Assembly: GCA_051362555.1 (NCBI GenBank) | Contig: CM120640.1 | Location: forward strand, 19,778,001 to 19,842,000 | DNA: 64,000 nucleotides | From: Lingula anatina | Taxonomy: Eukaryota > Animalia > Brachiopoda | Direction: 5' to 3' | Shown here: piece by piece, positions 14,002 to 25,521 of the stretch | Layout of the letters: the number at the start of each line of letters is the position of its first letter | Numbering within the stretch: position 1 is the first letter of the stretch | Notes under the pieces: generated by a model | The model's database searches: none | Told to the model about the DNA's origin: nothing | Seen by the model: only the letters and a program-made list of their open reading frames with translations | Position numbers and translations under genes: made by a program

Positions 14002-14755
14002 TTAAGTACTTAAAAAAAGTATGATCAAATGTTTTCAGAGTGAAAAAGGTAGAAACACCAGCAGCGGATTAATTATTGGGCAGAAAAGATTATTAACAAG
14101 TCTAAGAAGTTATAATGTTTCAAGAGAAACTCTTCGATGCTTCGAGTATGTGACAAAGGAAGCCCGCTCGATGCAATTGCATACCATGTGGGTCTTTGTC
14201 ACGTTATTCTTCAAGTAAGAGATATATGTAGGTACAAGTAAAAGTAGATAGGTCAAATATACTATAATTGCATCCTCCAAGATGCGTGCTTAAGTGCACT
14301 TATGCTTAAAATGACTAAATGTTAATCTTAATAGAAGTTTTAAAAAGTATTAATGAATCACATACAGGAAACACAGACAATATAGAGGGTTACCCATGCA
14401 TCCAAAGCTGCAATTAATTTTGAAAAAAAAATATCGATAAATTCTGTCTTGATTCACGTAGTATTGGAGGCAGAAATTGCTGAATATACAGTTTTTAAGA
14501 CATGCAAATCTTTAGAAGTCCAAAGAGTAGGTACTTGCCTTACTGGATTATACATGTATATTACAGCAATCGAACTCCATTCATCTTAACGACTTCCAAT
14601 GAGTAATGCATAAAATAATGATTGGGCTAAAAGAATTAACGGGTGTGGTGCTAATCAAGGTACCTTTGAGCAGTTTAACAGCCAAGTCAAGCCCAATAAT
14701 TCTTAACAGTAATCTCTCAAAATTTCATAACACTGCCAAAGGTAAAACACCCCAT

Positions 14756-17700
14756 TTAGCCAAGAAAATTTATTAGGAAGTTTCCTAAAAAGCCCAATGG
14801 CGGTGGTTGTAGGCTTATAGGTCCCCCTATAGGTTCACTCGGCGGTGTTTCCTGAAAATTGCAGTTGATATCGCTGACATACCGAATTCTGCCTTCCAAG
14901 CCGTGAATTATCGGCGAGTACTGTGTGATGTAGGACATCACAACATCTGCATCCAAGTCCTCTGAAAAAGTCAGGAATTCGTTATTTAAGACAAGCATTT
15001 AAAGTAAGTCTGAAATGACGCTTAAATTAATGCCACATAAAACGTATGCAGTTCACTATTCATAAATATGTTCATATATTCTTTGGACACAACGGATATC
15101 AGTGGTATCATTATAAGATATAAGCACATTCTTGTTTGGCCAAACATGGGAAGCATACTTCACTTAAAATCATTTGAAACAGAAAAACAATAATACCTAT
15201 CCCATATCGGTACAATATGTTGCCTTCGAAAATAGAATAACCATCCCCTCCCTCAAGTATATAGGTGCTAGTGACCACATCGTATGATTTTGTCTGAACG
15301 AGGGGCTGGAACTCGGGGACTGTACAGTCAGCGCACCTGACGTCAATGCTGGCCACTCGACTGCCCACTGGCTTAGACAGGTCATACACAACTCGAAGAC
15401 CTGGGTATAGGTAAACGGAATAAAAAAAACAGACAAATTATACAATTATACAATGCTTTGAATTATAAAATTTGGGTATTTATTTAGATGAGGGAAATGT
15501 TTAGTTTTCTAAATGGAAACTAAATAAAAACAAATATATTTAACTGAGATGAAACAATTACCCGAGACTTGCAGGAAACGACCCGTATTACTCTCTTGTA
15601 AGGAAACGGAATGTTCCATGACTGCCCACAAAGTGCTGCCGTTAATTCTGACAATGTCAACTGCATTTTCGAATGGGATAGTTCTCAGGACGTTTGACAC
15701 TAATATGTCACCTGAAATATCAAAATAGGAATATTCATCCTAAGAAAACATGGTTACAGCGGGTGATTCAGATGGTACCCCAGTATCACGAACAGTTCAT
15801 AAACCGTACTCTAATAGAAAAATCACCTTTCACGATTCAGCATTGTTTTAGAGAAACCCAATGCACAGGAAAAGGAAAAGGAAAGTGTAATGGCAAAGAG
15901 GACTAAGACGTCTATCTATAATATATAGGTACATGTAGGCATCTACCTATGTCAATTGGCTCACGCATTGCGCCGCTATTCCACATTCCAATAGAGGCAT
16001 TGGTCCACCTTGTTCCGTCATTGGATTTCAGATACTTGTACACCATTGCATCTGCTATGAGGTTCCCTTTAAAATGATGGAAATTTTTATCATCATAATT
16101 ACACTGTGGCAAATAACTAAATTTTTATTTTAAAGGCAAAAACATAAGAGTTAAGGTACAAAAGACTTATTCGGTCTTTTGTACCTAAATTTCAGTCCAG
16201 GTGTTTCTGTTCGGGTGTAAAAACTCGATTACGACAATTTGGCAAGATTTGCAAAGTATCTGTCACCTCGCCATCCACCATACATGATGGAATTTCCTCC
16301 CCGTCACAGCTGTCGACCTTATATATTATCGATCGCTCTGTAAAACAGAATCAGGTAATATTGCCTTTGAATTATTAAAAACTCTCCTGCATGACCATCG
16401 GAGACATAGACAACACGAATGTCGAACTCCACACGACTCAGTGACGCATTACCCATTTAAAGATCCCTCAAAACTGAAAGCTTCTTAGGAGAGGTCATGA
16501 AAAAGAAATAGAGAACAGAACGCCACCTACCTAAACTACACTCATTTCTACGACAAGATATAACATCGTTTAACTCGACCAAAGTGGTTCCGATCTTTGT
16601 TTGACCTAATTCGATCACAGGTTGTTTCCATGGTTGCATCTCAGTTAATATTCCACTGTCTGAAACAGGAATTTGTAGAAACAGTGTCAACAAATTGCAA
16701 AGGTTGAAGCAAACGGGCGAAAGTTTTTAAAAGACGTAATTTGACATCAGTTTATGGACTTATTATGACAAAATGGTCATTGGAGACATGAAGTTCGATA
16801 GTAAGTGTGGATAAAGGGCATTTTTGTATTCAGTATAATTTGTCCTAAATTAAAATGATTGAAAGATTATTAAACTATTGTGAAAATAAACAACGAAAGC
16901 TATTATTATAAACTTTACTCATTTCAAATGATTTAATTTGACATTGATTTATGAAGCTTGACGGTAAGTGTTGATTTAAGGCATTCTTATATTCAGAATG
17001 AAAAAGATAAAAGGCTTCACTACAGGGTAAACTATTGTGATAAATATACAACTACATTCAATCTATTATTAAAAACTTCGATTGTTTTAATTTTAAACAA
17101 TACAAAGTAAAACAATGATAACTTTACCTTGTAGAACACTTTCATCCAATAAGATTGGATTGCCATTCCATGACGTCAGTTCCCCTGCGTCATCAAAAGT
17201 TACTTGTAGGTAACCTAGATATTTGGCAAACTTGAAATCTGTGACTATCAACACGTTGCTTCCTCCTCTTCTTAACACAGTAGGATACACACCATCGGGT
17301 TGCTCCGTGGACGGAGGAGTGCCTTGGAATATAATTGGACCTTTAAATTGTCATATTGCAAACATTGCAATGGTGAGAGAGAGAGAGAGAAAATGCAATT
17401 CTAAAAAAAGTACCTTTAACATTTAGTATTTTTTTTAATGAGCAATTATTCTTTTAAGACATATCAACATATCAAAGAAAACTCAAGACAAAAAAGATCT
17501 ACTGGTATAGATGTATGCATTTTACCAGTAAAAAGAAACGTGTTAGTCTGGCCACCAATAACAAAGTTCTGAAGATATCAAAGTTAGGGAGATAATTCTA
17601 TAATTCTACCTTTGACATGCGTTCAACATTATATCAATTATACCCTTATGCGGGTTGTATAGCTATAATATGCCATCTTCTCTTTTATTAAAAATTCACT

Positions 17701-17926
17701 GTCAATAAAATAAAAGCTGTTATCAAAAGCTTTTACCAGTATAAAGAAATGTGTTCGTCCGGCCACCAATAACAATGTCCACCCCATCAACTTCTTCAGC
17801 AATCTTTCTATCGACAGGAAAGCCGGAGTGACCCAGTGCAATAATTTTATTAATGCCCTGTGACGTCAGATTATTAACCTCTGCCTGTACTGCAGCCACT
17901 TCTTCGGTGAAAATTAAAGCGCCTGG

Positions 17927-17959
<33 letters not shown>

Positions 17960-18878
17960 TATAACTATACTTGTGTGTGACCTTAAACATGTATTTATCA
18001 AAATTGCAGGATGTATAAACCATCACAATAATAATAACAATCTGACCATCACAATATCAAAATTAATCAACTTAATACAGTCTGAAAAGTGGTGTCAGAA
18101 TATAATTATATATAATTAAATTAATTATATAATAATTATATATATAATACGATATGTGCATTGTTTCTAGAAGATCAAAAATTAATTTAACCTGGGTTTG
18201 AAACGAGAGGCGTGTATCTGAACGCGTAACCCACAATTCCTATCTGTTCCCCATTCACGTTCAGCACTGTGGACTTTTGATACGTCCCTTGCATTTCTGG
18301 GACGTTTTGGGCGTCGATGTTAGCACTCAAAACGGGGAAAGTGACATTTCGAAGAAAATACAATAAGCTGTCTATGCCGCTGTCAAACTCGTGGTTACCG
18401 AAAGCCTAAAATCAAAGATTGCTGAATTATTGAAATTAAACAAAATATATTGGGATTTCAAATAACTTTCTTTCCTTTGGATTTCCTGTTTTTGAAAAAA
18501 TTCCATTTATTCCGCATAGTGCTTGTTTTGCATTATTGACAAAGATTCACGTTCTCCAATTAGTCGAAAGTAATAGTAAAAGCTTCTATTGCATTTTACG
18601 GTCACTGACACCAAACATTTCCCAAAGATTCTTAAATAATGGATAACAACAGTGCTATTACGTACAGAGTAGTGGTATGAGATACAGAATAGTACGTGAT
18701 ATGAGAAATGGAGTATAACATCCTAAGTTACAAAAAAGTATTGAGGAGGATGGAGACTAAAATACGTTCGAGTGATACGTGTTGGATAATTGGTTCATGT
18801 CAGCCTAGTGACAGACCCAGAAAAGTAGCCGTGATAAAGGGGTTTAAAGTATTCTTAGGAGGGTTATTATGAGCATAT

Positions 18879-18917
<39 letters not shown>

Positions 18918-20752
18918 TTGGAAATCACACAATAAGCGTAGAACCTTTATATGGCTAAAATTCAATTAAACTGGAAATTTCAACATGAAGGTTACCATTT
19001 CCAGAACCGTTGACATAAATAAGTTATTATTATGATGCATCTATGAAGAACTACTATAAAAGATATAATATCTAATACAAGATTTAGGCCCATATCTTTT
19101 GACCCTTGGTTTTGACCCAAAGCCCTGAAGAAGGCCTAGGGGGCTAGGGGCCGAAAGCTTAGATTAGATGTTATATCTTTATAGTATATCTTCATAGATG
19201 CATCATTATAATTACTTATTTATTTCTTAAAGATCTATACGGTTCATGATTTGATATGAATCTTCAAAGTAAGAACCGTATAGATCATTATAATTACTTA
19301 TTTATTTCTCAAAGATCAAAATGGTCCATGATTTGATATGAATCTTCAAAATAATAACCATGGACAAAACGACGATCTATAACGTATACCCGTTTTTGAG
19401 TTCGAAGTTTCTAATCTTTGAGCCATTCTCGTAATGGCACCCTGAGCTTCAGAGATAACTTGACACTAACCTCTTCACAATAGCCTATCTTCATCGTGTC
19501 AACTTGACACGATGAAGATAGGCTATTGTGAAGAGGTTAGTGCCAAGTTATCTCTGAAGCTCAGGGTGCGTAATGGAGATGGAAGTGGTGAAATACGTTC
19601 GTAACGGTAAAAATCAGATAATAAGAGCTTTCGCCTACGGATGGGGATGGAGTGCCGAAAAAAGATCTTTATGTTTATGCCTCGCCGCGTTCGCAACTTG
19701 AATTTTGAGAGTGTGGGTGCAATTATTTGACGATCAACGGGCGCGTGAAGTTCAGGGGCGAATCCAGAGATATTTTCTGACATTCTTCCAAATTATCTCG
19801 TTGATCCATCCCCCATTTTTGACCGTCTTTCGACAGAAGTAATTAGATACTTGTCAATGCAAATTTGAAAATCTGACCGTCTTCGGGAAGACCCAGAAGA
19901 CGGACTTAATCCGCCCCTGACTGAACCCTGTGCTATGGTCCATCAACGAGAACTGTATAGTAAAATAGTAATTTGTAGGATACAGAGACTCATGAAAATG
20001 AAAAAATCTCGCTTGACTTTGTCTTGGTTTGCTTATTATACTTTTGCGTGTGTGAGGGAGGAAGGGGGCTTGCCACCTGATGCCACTTTTGCCGTGCCAG
20101 CTTGGATGCAAGTGTAAAGTTTAGAAGAGCACTCTACATTGTATACATGTGATCTGCCGACATATGAATGCATGAATGCCTTTTTTCTGGAAGACGCATT
20201 ACTGATTTGACAATCTTATTCGGTATATCATGGTGCATTACCTTTACTTGTCAAGCGCACTTGACAAGTAAAATGCACCAGAGAGCTTGGCAAAATGTCT
20301 CAGAAATCAATATGAATCATTATGCAACTTTGAATTTCAAGCACCAAACACAAATCGCTTAAATGATAAAAAGAAATCAATTTACAATTTATCAATACGC
20401 CCCTGATTAAGAAGATTGAAACATCACTTACCATTGCGTCATATCTTAACAGATTCATGAAGTATGCCGTGACATTGCCCTTGTACAACGTATACCATAA
20501 AGTGCCTTGGAACTGGTCTCCGGCGTCCAGCAAAATTACGTTCCCTTCAGAGTTGCGAATTTCTTGAATTTTGGTCCATTGACGCGCGATTCCTCCAAAG
20601 CATACTCCCGCTTGAGCTTCGTTGTCCGAGCATCGCTTGCCTCTTCCATCAAACTGCTCGAAACGTGCGTGGACATCGTTGGTGTGTAAAATAGTCAAAT
20701 TGAACCCGGAACTCAGCGTGACAAAAATGCTTAAAACGACCAGCTTTTTCAT
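14756..20752 (-). CDS. NT5E: Ecto-5'-nucleotidase (CD73)-like paralog A, 9 exons, ~574 aa; metal-ligand His replaced by Arg, non-canonical C-terminus
   Basis: Exons 20752-20432, 18405-18192, 17922-17737, 17322-17128, 16659-16531, 16066-15947, 15711-15562, 15400-15197 and 14961-14756 (1725 nt, open frame, GT-AG). Signal peptide, HTNDVH, DAGDQFQG, GNHEFD, GHSG, GGRTNT, CRRNEC, NSGAMR, PFEN, GGDGY. Confidence 0.9.
19015..19223 (+). mobile_element. Penelope-like remnant: inverted repeat flanking a degenerate minimal hammerhead motif
   Basis: Arms 19015-19076 and 19163-19223 are inverted. The spacer contains CTGAAGA-A-GGCC..CTAG..CTAG..GGCC-GAAA-GCTT (19125-19160). A paralogous copy at ~32864-32905 has CCGAAGA. 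Confidence 0.5.
19438..19568. mobile_element. 131-bp fully palindromic MITE-like insertion
   Basis: Two 65-bp arms with one mismatch around a single C (19503), flanked by the direct repeat CGTAATGG (19430-37, 19569-76). The paralogous site in copy B (~33684) has one CGTAATGG and no insert. Confidence 0.85.
19753..19919. mobile_element. MITE with CAGGGGCG(G/A)AT...ATCCGCCCCTG termini
   Basis: Terminal inverted repeats. Related copies lie at ~33070-33216 and ~46668-46833. Confidence 0.6.
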
Positions 20753-20897
20753 ATCTGTTGCTCTATGTAAAACTTGGGCTGTAGTGGTGCCAAACATTCT
20801 TCTAGTACATGCACTGTCATCAAGTAGTGAGCGAGAGAAGGGCACAGGGTTGAAGCAAAACCTGTGTTGATAATATTCCAGCTGAGGGCAGCATATA

Positions 20898-21537
20898 TAG
20901 TCCTGGAGAAGGACACACCCGTCAAATCTGTTTCTTTTGATCTTAAAATGAATTATCTTAAATCTTTAGAAAGTTACGCATCGATCATCATCGATCTTTT
21001 CTGCTACGGTTCAAATGATTGCTATCTCGGATCATATAGGTTCAGATTTTGTCCCCGACAACAACATACAAAGCATACCTGTCAACACTCCAGATCTCTA
21101 AATTAGATTTTAAGTTAGATTGAATTATCATCTTTATTATTCATTATTTTTCCCCAATTTTACTATTCTTTCCGCATTTTTGTGCCTGTCTTGCTCCTCT
21201 GCACTTAGATTCAAATTCTAATTTTTTTACATTGAAGAAGACACTTCTTGAACAGACTGTAAACACCCCCTTCTCGTCGGGAGTCTCCCGATATATATTT
21301 TGTTTTACCTTACGTTTGAAAAAAATTAATAATAAAAATGATAATTCAATCTAACTTCTAATAAGATCGGGAGTGTTGACGGGTATGTTGTGTGTGGTCA
21401 AGAACAGAGATGGCGATCATTTAAACCGCCGCAACGGGCCAAAAATAAATGACCGATGTGTATCTTTCTAAATATTAAAAATAATTCATTTTGAGATTAA
21501 AAGAAACAGGTTTGGAAAATGTGTCTTTCCCGACCAC
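20898..21537. repeat. Large imperfect inverted repeat immediately upstream of NT5E-A
   Basis: ~20898-21141 is the reverse complement of ~21328-21537, e.g. CTGTTTCTTTTGATCTTAAAATGAATTAT / ATAATTCATTTTGAGATTAAAAGAAACAG and CATACCTGTCAACACTCC / GGAGTGTTGACGGGTATG. Confidence 0.7.
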
Positions 21538-21967
21538 AGAAACAATTAATTTTGAGATTAAAAGAAACAGGTTTGACAAGTACGTCTTGCGCCAGCACGA
21601 TACCGAGGCGTATCTTTCCAAATAATGAAAAACAGTATTTTTTTTTTTTTTTTGTAAATTCCCAAAGCTTTCCGCACCCGATGAACAAAGTAGCTCCTGT
21701 TCTGACGTTTGTTCACAGACACGCCATTTACAGCATGCCGTAATACCCACAGTATGTATCGCGGTGCCCACTGCTCGACTGCAGTCAGACAACCGTGCCA
21801 AAGTTAGTATTTGCTTTTAAGTTATATTTATGATCAGGATACAAAGATTTTTATTCTGTTATACATTGTACAAGGCATCCGACCCAATATACGATTCCAC
21901 TATTTTTAAATGTAATGTACTCAGTACATATATGTACACAGAAAAAGTGCATGGACGTCACATACAC

Positions 21968-22300
21968 AACAAGAAAAACACTCCGAGAGCACAGACCTCC
22001 GCCAAGGCAAAGTCTCCACCCAATGCCGTTTCATCCCTAAATTTTCATTCTATAATGATTTAGTGTTTTGATTTTTGATTATTGATTGATTATTGATCCG
22101 GATCACCACCTAAAACTAATAATCTGTTCCTTGGCCCACTTTTGACAGTTCCTGAAAATTTCATCAAAATCGGTCCTTTACTTAGTTTTTTACTCCATCG
22201 AAATTCATCCATAACTTTTTGAGTTATGTTGATGACAAACAGACAGACAAACAAACAAACAAACAGGGGTGAAAACATAACCTCCTTGGCGGAGGTGATA
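21968..22300 (-). mobile_element. Short HINE/DINE-1-like non-autonomous element (classification tentative)
   Basis: Subterminal inverted repeat ACCTCCGCCAAGG / CCTTGGCGGAGGT, (CAAA/CAGA)n microsatellite, a short terminal hairpin and an AACAAG end. Further copies lie at 28851-29070 and 47075-47296. Confidence 0.65.
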
Positions 22301-23681
22301 ATAATATACATCCGTAATAGCTAGTTCTCTTATCAATGATTATAAGTGATTATATTATGAGCATTTTAATGGTTATTTTCTAAGTCAACACTCTGAATCA
22401 AACCTCAGCTCATAGGAAACAAATCTCTTCTGTCTCTGCAAATGCGCTGGTTAAAATGTTGTCAGTGAGAAGATGCCATCCGTACTAATGTCAAACATGA
22501 TCAAAGCAGAAAAGCGTTTATTTTTACTCTGCTTTGTTCTTCTTGTTAAGAAGTATCTCCCCTCAAATCGCTATACAACATATTTACATCTTCTACAACA
22601 ATCTTCAACAATTTGGGCAAAATCTATGGTCTTTGTTTAAATTAATGTGGCGTCCTTTCTCTGTCATGAGACCTTTTCTCGAAAAACGGAAATTTAAAGT
22701 ACGTTTCTTCATATAAGTCAACTGTAAGACAAACATCTCTTAACTCGTCCACAATCCAGACATATCCCCTTCTCTCAGTCACATAATTAGTTTCTTAGAT
22801 TTATTGATTGAGGGTAGTGATTGCAGTAAGCAATAAGGAGAAAACGCTAAAGACAAAACAGCATCCGGTCTTTGTGCGAATACAAATGTACGTTGGTGTC
22901 AGAGGGACAAAGTTGCACCGAAAGCAACCGAGATAGCGATCATTATACCTCCGCAACGGATCAAAAATAATGACAGAGCCAAGGAATAATAAGCAGTTAT
23001 TTTATTGTTTTGTTTGTTCACAGGCAGACCATTTACAGCATGTCGTAATACCCAGTGCCCACCGCTGCACCGCAGTCAGACAACCATGTCAAAGTTAATA
23101 TTAGCTTTCAGGTTATATCGCATTTCCATTATTATTCATTATACTGTAGAAATTCTAATTCTCGTTCACGAGCACTACGTTATTTATTGTTATGCAAAGC
23201 CAAGCTATAGAGAGAGAAACTTAACTTATCGTAATTTTAACGGCATTCTGCAGAATGCCTGGCGTATCTATATCGTTTACGTAACGTATGGATAACGTAC
23301 GATTCAAACACTCGTACACGCTGAAAGATTTTGAACATTCTCCAAAAATCTTATCTTCTTCGGCGTATGTGAACGTACACCAACGTTTACCTGCACAGTT
23401 GAAACGTATGCGACGTAAGTCTAACGAGGCCCTTGTGTTTGTCTGCGTATGAGTAAATTTCCTCATACATTGGTGAAACACGCTTAGTGTGACAGGGCCC
23501 TGTAATATTATTTCTCATACGATGGAAAGGGATGTTTTTCTTACGCGCAAAGTTGTACGTATTATGAATTTCACATACGATACTCACACGAATCTCTTTT
23601 ACTCTTGATGTGACAGGACTTTTATACGATCAAAGTTATGCTTACAAATTTCCGTCTCCAGTTCTCTCATCTGTTACGCAT

Positions 23682-23848
23682 CAGGCCCGTAGCCAGGGGG
23701 GTTCGGGGGGTTCGAAAGAACCGCCCCTTTAGCTGGAAAAAGGTCCACTCTGGGTAAAATTTGATCTAGGTACATGAAGTTTTTATGAGAAAAGGTCCAC
23801 TTTTTCAGAAAAAGAACCCCCCTTTTGAAATTGCTGGCTACAGGCCTG
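23682..23848. mobile_element. MITE with 5-bp TSD (hAT5-like)
   Basis: CAGGCCCGTAGCCAG ... CTGGCTACAGGCCTG TIRs, flanked by CGCAT on both sides. Confidence 0.75.
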
Positions 23849-23860
23849 CGCATGTACCAG

Positions 23861-24367
23861 TATATACTGTATACTAACAAAGAACAGATTTCCTGTAAAA
23901 GCAATGTTCCACAGACTCGCCACTCTCAGGTTAACAATCGATGAAAGCAGAACTTTTTACTGTAAAAACAGCGTTCATACTCTTAATTATGTACATAATA
24001 TGTCGCTTTCCATCGTTAACACTAGGAATAATTAGACCAGACATGAGTTACTTGGCTTACTTGTATCTTGCATCAATTTTCTTCGATTTTCATTTTGTTT
24101 GAACCCGTTTCTTTATGCTTGGGGATCTCACAGATACAGAAAAATAATCAGAAATGAACGTCAAGACCGTTTCTGTGGCTGTTCTTTTTGTTTCTTATAT
24201 CGAAGTACTTTACAAGAAAATAACAGCTCGAGATTTAACTAGAGATTTAGATATAAAGGAATGGAGTTCCACTATTTAGTTCAGAAAAGAGAGGTGCCAA
24301 GGGACGAGGGTATGTAAAGATGGCAAAGTCATTGAATATTATGTTGAAAGACCGTGCCATGATTTCG
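23861..24367 (+). pseudogene. 3' fragment (ICL3-TM6-TM7-tail) of the GPCR, duplicated and frameshifted
   Basis: Aligns with 12161-12668 (KAELFTVKTAF..., LTLGIIRPDMSYLAY). It has indels and lacks the 5' half. Homology continues into the 3' flank. Confidence 0.88.
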
Positions 24368-25521
24368 TTGAAGTTATCAATCCTGATTCGTGTACAATAT
24401 TGATCTAGACCATGTCCAATTTTATGAAAATGATACAGCCATAATTAATCAAACAGAATGGGATATAACAATATATAACTGATCATATTGGACCCACAAA
24501 GTAATAAGCCATGGATAAAAATTATAACGATAACACGGTGAATGTGGAAGGACACTACATTGTATATTATAATTAGTGTTCATCAATCAAAAGAATCGAG
24601 TAAACTGAAGAACATGTATGGCATCAGATAGGAATGCATTAAAATCTATCAGTAAATTAAAATGCTGCCGGGCCACTGCCCACAAAAGAAAAATAGTGAC
24701 TTGATATTGGATATGTTATATTGTATATGTTAGTACTCTTTACAGAAAAATCTGATTAAATGTTATCAAAGTGAAAAAAAGATTAATTATTGGACAGAAC
24801 ACTTGATTAAAAAGTCTATGAAGTTATAAGCTTTCAAGTCAAACCCTTCGATGCTTCGAGTATGTGACAAAGGAAGCTCGCTCGATGCACTTTTACACCA
24901 TGTGGGTCTTTGTCACGCTATTGCTATTTTAAAGCACGTAAGACCAAACACGTAAAAGTAGATTGGTCCATTATACAGTGTACAATGATCCAATTCGCGT
25001 GCTTACGTACACTTGTTTACAATGATTAAATGTTTATCTTAATTAAAATAAAAGACAAATGTTTGAAAACATTAAATATCACATAAAGGAAACTCAGACA
25101 ATATAGGGGGCTATACCCACGTATCTAAAGCTTAAATTAATTTTAAAAATATTGATAAATTCTATCTTGCTTTAAATAGTATTGGGGTAAGAATTGACTA
25201 AATATACATCTTTTAAGACACACAGATCTTTAGAACTCCAGAAAGTCGGTACTCGCTTCAGTGGAATGTATATTACAGCAATAGACCTCAAATCATCTAA
25301 ACGACTCCAAGTGAGAAATCTGTAAGATTAAGATTGGACTTAAAAGAAGTACACAATGCGACAGTAATCAAGGTACCTGTGGCCTGTTTAACAGCCTAGC
25401 CTAACTCAATAATTCTTAGCAGTAAACTCTCAAGATTTCATAACTACGCCAAAAGGTAAGACACCATCTAGCCAAGGAAATTCTGAAGGAAATTTCCTAT
25501 AATGCCAAATGGCGGTGCTTA

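Noticed and set aside
20753-20845. Upstream in-frame starts extending NT5E-A (and 34727-34771 for B)
   Set aside because: MKKL.. gives a normal signal peptide matching C and D in length. The extensions are probably 5' UTR.
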